Source: Octopus vulgaris (Eukaryota). From it: a DNA stretch of 64,000 bases. The stretch is taken from the NCBI GenBank assembly GCA_951406725.2, contig OX597825.1, positions 86,986,001-87,050,000 on the forward strand, given 5' to 3'. The notes below the pieces were generated by a model. That model was not told the origin of the DNA. It saw only the letters and a list, made by a program, of their open reading frames with translations, and did not search any database. Below are positions 52,201 through 64,000 of this stretch, piece after piece; position 1 is the first letter of the stretch; every line of letters begins with the position of its first letter. Made by a program: the position numbers and the translations under genes.

Positions 52201-52497
52201 CCAAGTCGCACTTGTTTATGGCTGCTGAATGTTCTGCGTGTGTCTATGGAACCGAGTACTTTATAAACTCAAATCTATACACAGTTACCTGCGATACATC
52301 TGAACCGATCTGTAAAAATACTTTTCCAAGATATACTTCCAGTTATTATTAATTCTTCTAACGTTCATAATTTGATATTCATTTTCGTTTCATGCTTCTT
52401 TTTGAGATTCATTATCGGATGCTGATAAAAGAAGAGATCCATGATGTACTTTTGCGGCATAACAATAACTCTTCCTTTCTCTCTTCCTTTCTTTCAT

Positions 52498-52528
<31 letters not shown>

Positions 52529-52545
52529 GTCTTTCTGTCTTTCTG

Positions 52546-52576
<31 letters not shown>

Positions 52577-52678
52577 CTCTATCTCTCTCTCTCACTCTCT
52601 CTCTGTATACACACACACACACACACACACACACTTATAAACAAGGGCAAAAGAAAAAGAATCGAAAAAAGAGAGAGC

Positions 52679-52731
<53 letters not shown>

Positions 52732-52990
52732 GTTTGCTCTCATGTGTTTATTTCCTCCCTGTTTGTGGTTACCGTGGTCTTTTCCGTAGGCTTTTCTTTC
52801 CACGGATAAAGCTAGTCTTGCATTTTACATAAAAAAATTATTTTGTGATATACGATCCCTTTTGATCGTCTTTTTTTTTAACCGACCCTTTTGTTCGAAA
52901 TTTTCCTTTTATTCCCCCTTTTTCTTTTTCATTTTCTAAAAGAAAAGCTCTACATTTGTATTTGTCACCTCTGTGTGGCCAATGAAAAAG

Positions 52991-53107
<117 letters not shown>

Positions 53108-53126
53108 AACACTCATATCTGTATGC

Positions 53127-53181
<55 letters not shown>

Positions 53182-53726
53182 AATGTACGAGTACTGCCAT
53201 ATCTGAAATGGTGGGAACCTGTGTCCCCGCAGGCAGCAACCAGCCCCCCTATAGCTTTTGGCGTCTTTCATAATAACGTTCCCCGTTTGTAAGGTATCTT
53301 TGGTCAAATGAAGTCCGTAAAGGCCACAAGATCATGGCTTGTGATTTCAGTCGCCAATCATCGATGAATGATCGACAAACGTCTGTAACAGCAGTGTGCT
53401 TTTCAATCATATTAACAAGAAAAAAGAAAAAGAAAAAAAGTCGCATATCCACGAACACAGAATCAGCCATCGATTGTTCACTAATGCGTTTATGGTGTAT
53501 ACACCCATTTACACCTACCTAACCTTTATACGTGCATATGGAGGAGTAATAAAAATTTCGCCAGACTTCAACGCGTGTTTAGATCTCAATGCACAAACAT
53601 TAGACATCGAAAGTGCAACTTACCTTCCCTCGAATATATGTCTTTCGACAGAACACTTGTATATTAGAAAGTTTAGCTCCATCCCTTATTATACGGAGGC
53701 ATACCTGATGCTGCTGTTGCTGCTGT

Positions 53727-53761
<35 letters not shown>

Positions 53762-53898
53762 CATGTAGGACGATTGCTTTCGGGAAATAAGAGACGCTAT
53801 TTATGATATTCTATAATTCTTACATATTCTTCTTCTTCTTCTTCTTCTTCTTCTTCTTCTTCTTCTTCTTCTTCTTCTTCTTCTTCTTCTTCTTCTTC

Positions 53899-53946
<48 letters not shown>

Positions 53947-54152
53947 GTTATTATTATTATTATTATTATTATTGTTTTTGTTGTTGTTATCTATTTTCAT
54001 AATTATTTTCTGATATTACCACCATTATTCATTATCGTTGATATATTTTTTTATTATTGTCTTTATTTTATCATAATTATTTAATATTTCTATTATCATT
54101 ATTATTATTATTATTATTATTAATGTTGTTATTATTATTATTATTATTATTG

Positions 54153-54232
<80 letters not shown>

Positions 54233-54619
54233 GTTATTATTATCATTATTATTATTATTAATGTTTTTTGACAGCGTCCAAATAAAAGAAAGACAGGAGA
54301 CATTCATTTGATTAAGAGCTTACGGTTATCTTCATCATTTCCTTATTTCCTCTTCCTTTTCCTTTGCAACGCACGAGTTCCATTCGAATCTTCTAGGTCT
54401 TCTCTCGTCACATTCACCCTTTATCCTTATTCCTTCCAATTCAACACCATTTATACAAGTGGTTTCATTTCCGTTCCAATACTTTTACATTCCACAGACT
54501 CTTTCCTCTCCCTGCCACCTCCTGCAACTACACCCCCCCCCCCCCGCTGCTGCTGATCCGCCTCTTCGTCGTCAACGTCGCGTCCTCCTCAAACACCACC
54601 AAAAACCAAAACTTTCCAT

Positions 54620-55385
54620 GATTCTTCTCTATTTTCTCCAGAACTTTCTTGTTTTTCTTCCTTTTCATCATCTCTATTTACTTTTTATTTTGCTTCTTCT
54701 TCTTATCCTCCTCCTCCTTCTCCCCTTCTTCTTCTTCTTCTTCTTCTTCTTCTTCTTCTCCACTTCGTTTTCTTTTTTCCTCCTTTTCCACCTCCTCATG
54801 CTCCTCCTCTTCCTCCTCCTCCTCCTCCTCCTCCTCCTCTTCCGCTTCCTACTCCCCTTTTCTTCTTCTTCTTTTTTATCCTCCTCCTCCTTTTCCTTCT
54901 CCTCCTCTTCCTTCTCCCCTCCTTCTTCTTGTTTTTATCCTCCACCTCCTCCTCTTCCTTATCCCCTTCTTCTTCTTCTTATCCTCCTCCTCCTCCTCCT
55001 TCTCCCCTTCTCCCCTTCTCCTTCTTCTTCTTTTATCCTCCTCCTCCTCCTCCTCCTCTTTCTTCTCTCCTTTTTGTTTTTAACCTCCTTCTCCTCCTCC
55101 TCCTCCTTCTTCTTCTTCTTCTTCTTCTCCTTCTTCTCCTTCTTCTTCTTCTTCTTCTTCTTCTTTTTCTTCTTCTTCTTCTTCTTCTTCTCATTCTCCC
55201 CTTCTTCTTTTTCTTCTTCTTCTTCTTCTCATTCTCCCCTTCTTCTTTTTCTTCTTCTTCTTCTTCTTCTTCTTCTTCTCATTCCCCCCTTCTTCTTCTT
55301 CTTCTTCTTCTTCTCCTTTTTCTTCTTCTTCTTCTTCTTCTCCTTCTTCTTCTTCCCCTTCTCCTTCTTGTCCTTCTTCTTCTTG
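54620..55385. repeat. ~760-bp polypyrimidine (TTC/TCC)n low-complexity tract
   Basis: Almost exclusively C and T on the + strand. Confidence 0.95.
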
Positions 55386-55555
55386 CATCCAATGTCTTCG
55401 ATTACGACTGTTCCACTATTGATTTCATTATTAATTTATTCCGGACATTCTAACTTTGGCCGCTATTTTGGCAGCAGATCCAAAGGATTCCTGTTATTCT
55501 TGCAGCCAACCATGGGATTCTCCTCATTGCTATTCATGAGTTTCGCTTCCATGTT

Positions 55556-55590
<35 letters not shown>

Positions 55591-55912
55591 ACACAGATAC
55601 GCACACACACTCACACACGTATATCATTAGCACAAATATCGATATTAAACACATAACGCACCAGGGAGAAAATATGAAGTTAGTGACACAAACACACACA
55701 CATACATACATACACACATACATATATACATACATATAGACATACATGCATATCTACGCACATACATACACGATCTTTAGAAATCACATAGAACATGCGC
55801 AACCGTATACGTAGACTAACATATTAAAAATGAGAAACAACGTGAACAACCCAAGTTGATATGAACGTACGTATAGATTTATTCATATAAATACACATAT
55901 TTACATATCTAT

Positions 55913-55949
<37 letters not shown>

Positions 55950-56106
55950 CACGTGAAAGATTGACAACGATTTCGAAGTTTCGCGGTTGATTATGATTAA
56001 CCAGGTTGTGAATTTTCATATACACAGGTCTGTCTTGTAAGTAGATTATAGCTGTGCCTTGTTACTGTGTTCTAAAAAGTATGTATATATACATATGAAT
56101 ATATGC

Positions 56107-56151
<45 letters not shown>

Positions 56152-56153
<2 letters not shown>

Positions 56154-56444
56154 GTCATCGTGGCACTCCGTCGTTTACGACGACGGGGTTCCAGTGAAAT
56201 TAACGGGTAAGTGGTTGGGCACTCCACAGACTCGTATACCCTTAACGCAGTCCTCGGGGAGATTCAGTGTGACACAGGGTGGCCATTTGAAATACAAGTA
56301 CTACTCATTTTTGGTATCTGAGTGGATTGGAGCAACGTGAAATAAAGAGTCTTCCTCAAGGACACAACGCGTCGCCGGGAATTGAACTCACGATGTTATG
56401 ATCATGAGTCGAATGCCCTGACCACTAAGCCATGCGCCTTCACA
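56152..56444 (-). mobile_element. SINE family C, tail variant 2
   Basis: Minus-strand head TGTGAAGGCGCATGGCTTAGTGGTCAGGG...GAGTTCAATTCCCGGCGACGCGTTGTGTCCTTGAG. The tail differs from the 36205 copy. Confidence 0.85.
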
Positions 56445-56664
56445 CGATATATGTATATATTCATTAAATACGTATGTATATATGCTGGCCGAAACTTCGA
56501 AGATTATGTTGACGACATTGTTGTATAAGAAGAATAAATATGTACTCTACAAAATTATGGAGTAACCAATCAGATTAACGTAAAATTAACACACACACAT
56601 GCATATATATATTTTTTATCTACTTTCAGCTATATGAAAATAAGGATAAGATCGTTAATCTAAA

Positions 56665-56912
56665 AATAAAATAACGATTTTATCAAGTGGTCAGCATGGA
56701 GAAAATAACCTTCAAATGTAATAATTATTAAAATTATAAATTAGGGTATCTACAAGGTACCACCATGCTGAAAATAGCAGCCATGATCTGACTCTAAAAT
56801 CACCTTAATTGTCCATATATTAACACGGATAGAAACAAGATGAAACTAGGAAAAAATTACTGGATAATTCTAGGAATGCTTTGCCTCGTCAGTAGAATAC
56901 ACAGAAGAGAAT
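56665..56912 (-). mobile_element. Hammerhead-bearing module, copy 2 (GAAA/stem III deleted)
   Basis: Aligns to 36514-36795 but lacks about 27 nt spanning ATCCCGGATTTCTGAC. Confidence 0.8.
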
Positions 56913-57091
56913 TATATATATATAATGAAAGCAAAACAAAATGGTGATATTTTAAAATCATTCAATACTTAAGTTTCAGGTGAAGGCAATACATGTATAA
57001 AATAGGAAATGCATTTATTATGTTAATGTGCGTCAGGTAAAGTGTTTCGAAAGTTCTTGTACTGTGCAACACCTCTTAGCGCTACACGATA

Positions 57092-57126
<35 letters not shown>

Positions 57127-57473
57127 ATATAGTAAAATAGTAAAAGAGAGTTAGAGTATATATAGTTATATATGTATATATATATATATATATAAACACA
57201 TATATACATGTATATATATATATATATATGAATATATATATATATATATATAAATATATATATATATATTACATTTTATAAAGGGCTTAGTAAAATAAAT
57301 TACTTTGCCACATACTGAACTCATTAGAAATAGCAGCCCCCCCCAATTTTTTTTTTTTTTTTCTTTAGCCATTTCTAATACTTAAAGAAAATTTCTCTCA
57401 GATAGTGTTTACTCAAAATAACCCACGAAGGTATGGGGGTAAAAACATTAAAAAATCACAAGTGCAAAGATTA

Positions 57474-57535
57474 TTTGAGAACGTACGTTTCTAGATCAGC
57501 CAAATACAATTCGACATTTCTTTCGTCAGCTCAAA
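57474..57535 (-). ncRNA. Type I hammerhead ribozyme with 31-nt stem II domain
   Basis: TTTGAG-CTGACGA-A AGA aat GTCGAAT tgt ATTTGGC tga TCT A-GAAA-CGTAC-GTT-CTCAAA. Stem I is 6/6, stem III is the palindrome ACGTACGT, the triplet is GUU, and the first stem II pair is A-A. Confidence 0.75.
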
Positions 57536-57747
57536 ATTTCTTAATTCGGATTTGTAAACACTGAAAGTAGGAGCATACCCTTTTGGCGACTTTTCACCTC
57601 CGAAGATCCTTTCAAACTAACAGTGCCAACAAATTCAAAATATGCAAGCGAAGAATTTCTGCCCTCCCCTTCCACCAACGTGGGCTAAACTAGCAAACAC
57701 CATGTTTTATCGGTGAAAACCGAAGCATTAAACAGAGAGAAATGAAT

Positions 57748-57938
57748 TATAATTTCAACAATTGAGAGTAAAATTAATTAAATATTAATCAATTTCACCA
57801 AATATTCAGTATGTAAAGGGACCATTTAAGGCGAATTCAAATTATTTTGAATTCGCCTTAAATGTCCCTTTACATACTGAATACTTGGTGAAATTGATTA
57901 ATAATTAATTAATTTTACCCTCAATTGTTGAAATTATA
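57748..57938. repeat. 191-bp near-perfect palindrome (arms ~94 bp, 4-nt spacer)
   Basis: TATAATTTCAACAATTGAG...TAAGGCGAATTCAAA-ttat-TTTGAATTCGCCTTA...CTCAATTGTTGAAATTATA, with about 3 substitutions and a 1-nt indel. Confidence 0.95.
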
Positions 57939-57990
<52 letters not shown>

Positions 57991-58289
57991 ATATATATGT
58001 ATGTATATATATATATGTATTATAACTAACTTATAATTTTAAAATATGAATATGTTGTCTATTGACTACTTATACATGCTGGGCCACTGTTGGTGATATT
58101 TATAACGAATATTCGCCACCCTATATATATTTATCTTATGAATATGTTCTTAGCATTCTCGAAGATTCAGCTCAGCATTGTATTTATTGCCGACTGTAAA
58201 TGCGCCTGCGCGCGGAATTTTGAAAAATTCTAACATATAATGACGGGACATGTGTTCTTGTCTCTGAATTATAAGTTACTTATTGAGGC

Positions 58290-58398
58290 CGGTTACTGAC
58301 GAGAATTCGCCTGGCGGATAATATTGTTTTGCTAAATTACCTTTTAAAGGATGGCAAATAATCTTATTTGTAAAGACATTCGAAACCATGGTATACCG
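58290..58398 (+). ncRNA. Type I hammerhead ribozyme with 79-nt stem II domain
   Basis: CGGTTA-CTGACGA-GAAT...ATTC-GAAA-CCATG-GTA-TACCG. G10.1-C11.1 is intact, stem III is the palindrome ACCATGGT, the triplet is GUA, and stem I has a 1-nt bulge. Confidence 0.72.
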
Positions 58399-58566
58399 CT
58401 AATGAAATTAACAAAGTTTTTATTTTCATTTACTTCGAAAATTGCTATTAAATCGTGGTTTTGGCCGTGTTGGCTGCTATTTCTAAAATGTAAAAATTAC
58501 CTGTTAAAGGGTAGTATTCTTTTGTGTTTAAATGTATATTATATATATGTATAATATATATATATA

Positions 58567-58776
58567 TACTCTTTTACTCTTTTACTTGTTTCAGTCATTT
58601 GACTGCGGCCATGCTGGAGCACCGCCTTTAATCGAGCAACTCGACCCCAGGACTTATTCTTTTGTAAGCCCAGTACTTATTTTATCGGTCTCTTTTTGCC
58701 GAACCGCTAAGTAACGGGGACATAAGCACACCAGCATCGGTTGTCAAGCAATGCTAGGGGGACAAACACAGACACA

Positions 58777-58860
<84 letters not shown>

Positions 58861-59018
58861 GGCAGGCTTCTTTCAGTTTCCGTCTACTAAATCCACTCAC
58901 AAGGCATTGGTCGGCCCGGGGCTATAGCAGAAGACACTTGCCCAAGATGCCACGCAGTGGGACTGAACCCGGAACCATGTGGTTGGTTAGCAAGCTACTT
59001 ACCACACAGCCACTCCTG
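58567..59018 (-). mobile_element. SINE family B, full length, young
   Basis: Near-identical reverse complement of 17552-17977, with an expanded internal (CA)n(TA)n. Confidence 0.9.
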
Positions 59019-59063
<45 letters not shown>

Positions 59064-59340
59064 TCCACTTTATCATTTTCTTGTTATGTATATGTGTGTG
59101 AAAATGTATCTGTGGATATGTGTGTATGTGTGTGCGCGTGTGTGTGCTTGCATGTGAGCGTGTGTGTATTTCGCATGCCTAAATCGAATCGTTATATTCT
59201 ACAAATGCAACTAGCTTTGGTATTTAGAAAAAAGTCCAACTGCTTTTTCGTACTTGCTCGGTAAAAGGGAAACAGGGAGAGAGAGAAAGAAAGAGAAGGA
59301 GGGAAAGAGAATAAGAGAGTGAGAGAGAGTGAATGAGTGA

Positions 59341-59371
<31 letters not shown>

Positions 59372-59563
59372 GAGGAGATAAAGAGGTTCAGAATGATAGA
59401 ATTAATGGTTAAAACGACCTTCAGTGTTTCCATTTAAGATTTTCTTCATCTCTATCGTTAATTTATGAGCTTGTTAAATGTAGAACCGCCGCGAGCCATA
59501 CGCTCTAATCTTCATTATTTATCTGGATCTTTATTATTATTATCATTATTATTATTATTTTAC

Positions 59564-59612
<49 letters not shown>

Positions 59613-59635
59613 TTTATTATCATTATTATTATTAC

Positions 59636-59722
<87 letters not shown>

Positions 59723-59934
59723 ATATCTTTTTTTCATTATTATTATCATTATTATTATTATGTAAGACATGATTACGTTTCATTCTTCCGCTTTATCAGC
59801 AACAAGATTTATTATAAAATCTAAAGAAACGAATGTTCAAGATGCTCATCATCTAAGGATGATTGGTTGTTTACAAGAAATCTGTGTCTTTAGGAATTCA
59901 CGCACTAACAACCAAGTATAACATCTATGTACTC

Positions 59935-59978
<44 letters not shown>

Positions 59979-60962
59979 CACACACACACACACAAATATA
60001 CATATATTTAGGTAAGCATGCACGAACAAAGTCTTTAATGGACACAGATATGCATACATAAAATCTAACGTGCATATATATAGAGGCTCCACCTTCTCTT
60101 GCTCTCTTTCTCTCTCTCTTACACATACACACACACACACATACACACACACACACATACACACACACACATACACACACACACATACACACACACACAT
60201 ACACACACACACACATACACACACACACACATACACACACACACACATACACACACATACACATACACAGAAAAGATAACTGAAAAGGAGCTTAAAGAGT
60301 GAAGGTGAAGAAGATTAGGCGTTTTGAAGAACATGAAGAGAAAGACTACGAAACGGTCTGCGTTGCTTTAGGAGGTGGTGAAAAGGCGAAATTATAGACG
60401 AATGAAGAGCAAAAGGAATTTATCAAGACGAAAGAAGTGAAACATGGTGCAGTTGAAGAATTGCGATAAAAATAAAAGGAAAGAGAAAGAGCAAGAGAGA
60501 GAGAGAGAGAGAGGGGGAGAGAGGGAGAGAGAGAGAGAGAGAGAGAGAAATTGATAAATCAAAGGAAGAAACGAGAAGAAAAGATTAGCGAATTTTTTTG
60601 GAAACCGAAAAGAATGGAGATGTGTAGACGGCTGAAAAGAGATTTCTGTTAAGTCTTCTATTCCATCAAATATCATTGAAATGAGAAAGTGGGAAACGAT
60701 GTAAAGGAAAAAAGAAAAAAAAAACTTGATATCAGTGGCGCAGAGTAATCGAGGTTGTAAACCATTGAACATTGTATTTTCATACAAAAATCATTAACGG
60801 AGGACAGAAATATAAGTAAATGAAATATGGTAATACTATGTGTTTATTAATAATTGATTAAAAGATGAGCTGATCTCTAATTTATCGTTTAAATGAAGAA
60901 GGTCAGTAAATGGCTTGTGCCATTAGCCATTAGGAATGGCGACGATGCATATGTGTGGTTGT

Positions 60963-61150
60963 ATCTTTTCAATTACGTGATTCAGTCGTTAGCGTGTGGC
61001 CATACTGGGGCACCGCATTGAAGAGGTTTTAGCCCAAGGAATCGACCCCAGGACTTATTTGTCTAAGGGTGGTACTTCTTTCATCACCAAGTTATAGAAT
61101 CGTAAACACTCCAGCACTGGTTGTCGAACAGTGGTGGGGAACAAACACTT
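60963..61150 (-). mobile_element. SINE family B, 3' half
   Basis: GTGGCCATACTGGGGCACCGC...TCGACCCCAGGACTTATT...GGTTGTC. Confidence 0.7.
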
Positions 61151-61599
61151 ACGTACGTATGAATGTATGTATGTATGTATATGTACATGTGTATGTGCAT
61201 GTGTATATATGTATGTGTGTATAAATGTATTTATGTATATGTATATACGTGTGTAAGTGTAAAGAAACAGAGACAAGCGGAGACTTCCTGTTCAGAGGTA
61301 ATTGTATAAAACTTTCACTAAAAATTTCTGTTCACCATTCCATTACAAATTCAATCCGAACTGGTGACAATGATTGAGATCAGACATTCCAGAAATGACT
61401 TCACCAAGAAATCGATGAATCGATATTAGTTCATCACAAGGTAAATCAGATAAACCTTTCACCATATCGTCTGGTAATTTAAAAAAAACCGTATTACTTC
61501 TATGAGAAGAGTTACTTTACATTTAGTATATCGTAAAAACTTCACCACAGTTCAGAGCTTCCATTACTTATGGCGTCTGATAGGTTTTAATATGGGGTG

Positions 61600-61930
61600 G
61601 ATGGGGGAGGGGGAAAACCATTGGTGTTGACCCCAATACTTGACTGTTACTTAATTTATTGATCCTTAGCTTATGAAAGTGAAGTCCGCCACGGTGATAT
61701 TTTAAACATAATGGCAGTGAGCTGGCAGAGTGGTTAGCACTCCGGCCAAAATGATAAGCTGTATTCCCACCCCTGTTCTTATGTTCTGAGTTCAAATTCT
61801 GCCGTGATTGACTTTGCCTCAGAACCTTTCGGGTTTGATAGAATAAGTAGCAGCTGAACACTGGCGTCCATGTAATCGATTTAGCAACCCGCCTGATACT
61901 GCTGGCTTTGTGCTAAAAATTGAAATCAAT
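61600..61930. mobile_element. Two back-to-back decayed SINE family A copies (- at ~61600-61700, + at 61712-61930)
   Basis: GGCAGTGAGCTGGCAGAGTGGTTAGCAC...TTCTGAGTTCAAATTCTGCC...CCTTTCGGGTTTGATAG. Confidence 0.7.
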
Positions 61931-62118
61931 ATTTTGAACATAAACTCAGGTAAACCAAATACAAATAACTATTTGACCCCCGTCACTCGCTCCATTCTAC
62001 CAGTTCACTGCCTCGTATGGTAAATATTTAAAAAAGTAATTTTCATAATTTATTACAGTTCCTATATAGCAAAAAGACCACACAAAAAGCAATCTGGTCA
62101 TTGTAACCACCAGTAGTC

Positions 62119-62240
62119 AAGGCGCGTGGCCTCATGGTTAGAGTGTTGGAATTACGATAATAATAGCGTCAGCTCAATTCTTGACCGAGACGGTCTTTCG
62201 TATTCTTAAGCAAAGCACATAATTTCACTTATTTCAGTCT
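62119..62240 (+). mobile_element. SINE family C head, decayed
   Basis: AAGGCGCGTGGCCTCATGGTTAGAGTGTTGG...TTCTTAAGCAAAGCAC. Confidence 0.55.
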
Positions 62241-62825
62241 CAATAGGAGGGAGAATATACACTTCCATGCAAATTCTGTGGAATTATACCAGCTAATTCA
62301 CACCAAATTCATTTGTACAATTTGTTTCTAATCTAGGTGCAACGCCTGCGATTCGAGGGGCACCGGTTACTTGAAACTATCAACTTTAGTACTAGGCTAC
62401 AGCTATATTTTATTGACTCTAAAAGCATGAGAGGCAAGGCTCAACTCAGTGAGATTTGAGATCAGAAGGTATAAAAATAAAAAATTAAAAGAAAGAGCGG
62501 AGAGCAATCGCCTTGCCCCGCTTTATCCATCCCGCCCATTCACTGTTTTATTCAGAGACATCATATAAAATATATGTATCGATTAGTATTCGGTAAGCCG
62601 AATCTGTTTTTAAATATAGAATCGGGTGACAGTGCAATTTGAATGTAATCTATAACCAAAACTAAATTATATCATTGGAACAGTTTACGCTCTTCTCTGC
62701 TTTAGAAATTATAATGTTTAAATGAATACACATTTATAAATGTGTGTGTGTGCGTGTCTATATATATATATATGTATGTATACACACGTATATATATATA
62801 TATATATAGATAGATATATACACGC

Positions 62826-62890
<65 letters not shown>

Positions 62891-62983
62891 TACACATACA
62901 CACACCTCACGTATGTATTCGCTCATACATGCTTGGGTAAATATGCAGGTATATTCGTATATGTGTAGATATATACGCCTGTG

Positions 62984-63017
<34 letters not shown>

Positions 63018-63134
63018 TGTATGTATGTATGTGTGCATGTATGTATTTATGTGTGCATGTATGTATGTGTGTTTATGTGTGTATATACATATATATATAC
63101 ATGTGTGTGTGTATGTATGTCATCATTCAGTTTT

Positions 63135-63229
63135 ATTTCAAGATTTACCAACAGAGAGAGAGAACCGGTTTCTAACCTAGATCCAAGGCTCCTTCATTGG
63201 AATTTCAACATTAACAACAGGGTATTTTT
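63135..63229 (-). repeat. ~95-bp dispersed repeat in (TATG)n, inverted copy of 26882-26975
   Basis: Direct sequence match to 26882-26975. Confidence 0.85.
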
Positions 63230-63290
63230 GCATGTATATATGTATTTATATATGCTTGTACGTATGTATGTATGCATGTATGTATGTATA

Positions 63291-63410
<120 letters not shown>

Positions 63411-63424
63411 TACGTACGTATGGA

Positions 63425-63483
<59 letters not shown>

Positions 63484-64000
63484 TACGTACGTATGGATGC
63501 ATATGTGCATATAAATTGAAGTCGTGGGGAAAGGCAATGCAGGAAAAGGGCATGTAATTTTATTTAATTCAATCTAAATTTAGTTACCAAATGGTAAAAA
63601 AAGTAGTAGCGAGAGTATATCAGCGAATTCGGGAATTAGCCACAAGCCGTTTATTTTGTATTTAAGTTTATGTTAAAATATTTAATGTACAGTGGGTAAT
63701 AACAATCTAATTTGAAATATTTGTAGAAGGAAAAGAAAACATTGGCTGAATAACTATTATTTTTATTATTTTAATAAAAGCGGAATTCTGTCTGTCCGTC
63801 CGTCTGGAACCCCTGTATCTCAGTCTACATTTGTTCTACACAGACATATTATACCTTTTTGGAATCACGATGATCCCTGGAATCAAAATCTGCCCTTCAT
63901 TTGGTTCTTGAACATCCAGCATTAGGTCTTGATCTTAAAATATTTGGATTGCTATTTCTAGCAGGTAAAGCGACCACCAGAGGTTCCAGTGCTTTAGTGT

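Noticed and set aside
54459-55739. 426-aa ORF
   Set aside because: It is a translation of the polypyrimidine and (CA)n tracts (poly-F/L/S) and is stop-free only because of its composition.

Overview
This is AT-rich eukaryotic DNA saturated with microsatellites and interspersed repeats. The repeat families look like those of octopus or coleoid cephalopods, which is an inference from recognition rather than a database result. No host protein-coding exon could be supported, so the window is probably intergenic or part of a very long intron. Almost all ORFs in the track are translations of simple repeats. Real coding relics are a 5'-truncated R4/Dong-type non-LTR retrotransposon inserted in a (TAA)n array (4889-7530, -), a Penelope-like RT/GIY-YIG fragment (~8272-9045, -), Tc1/mariner and Tigger remnants, and an unidentified decayed ORF at ~50.4-51.5 kb. 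At least three tRNA-derived SINE families are abundant. The most notable signal is a set of short non-coding modules embedded in (TA)n tracts. Each module folds into a type I hammerhead ribozyme: stem I, CUGANGA core, stem II, GAAA, palindromic stem III, NUH cleavage triplet, stem I'. Six are well formed (9452, 27257, 27532, 36721, 57474, 58290) and have unusually long stem II domains of 27-79 nt. Their stem sequences are unrelated yet still pair, and several more decayed copies exist. A 191-bp near-perfect palindrome lies between two divergently oriented ribozymes.
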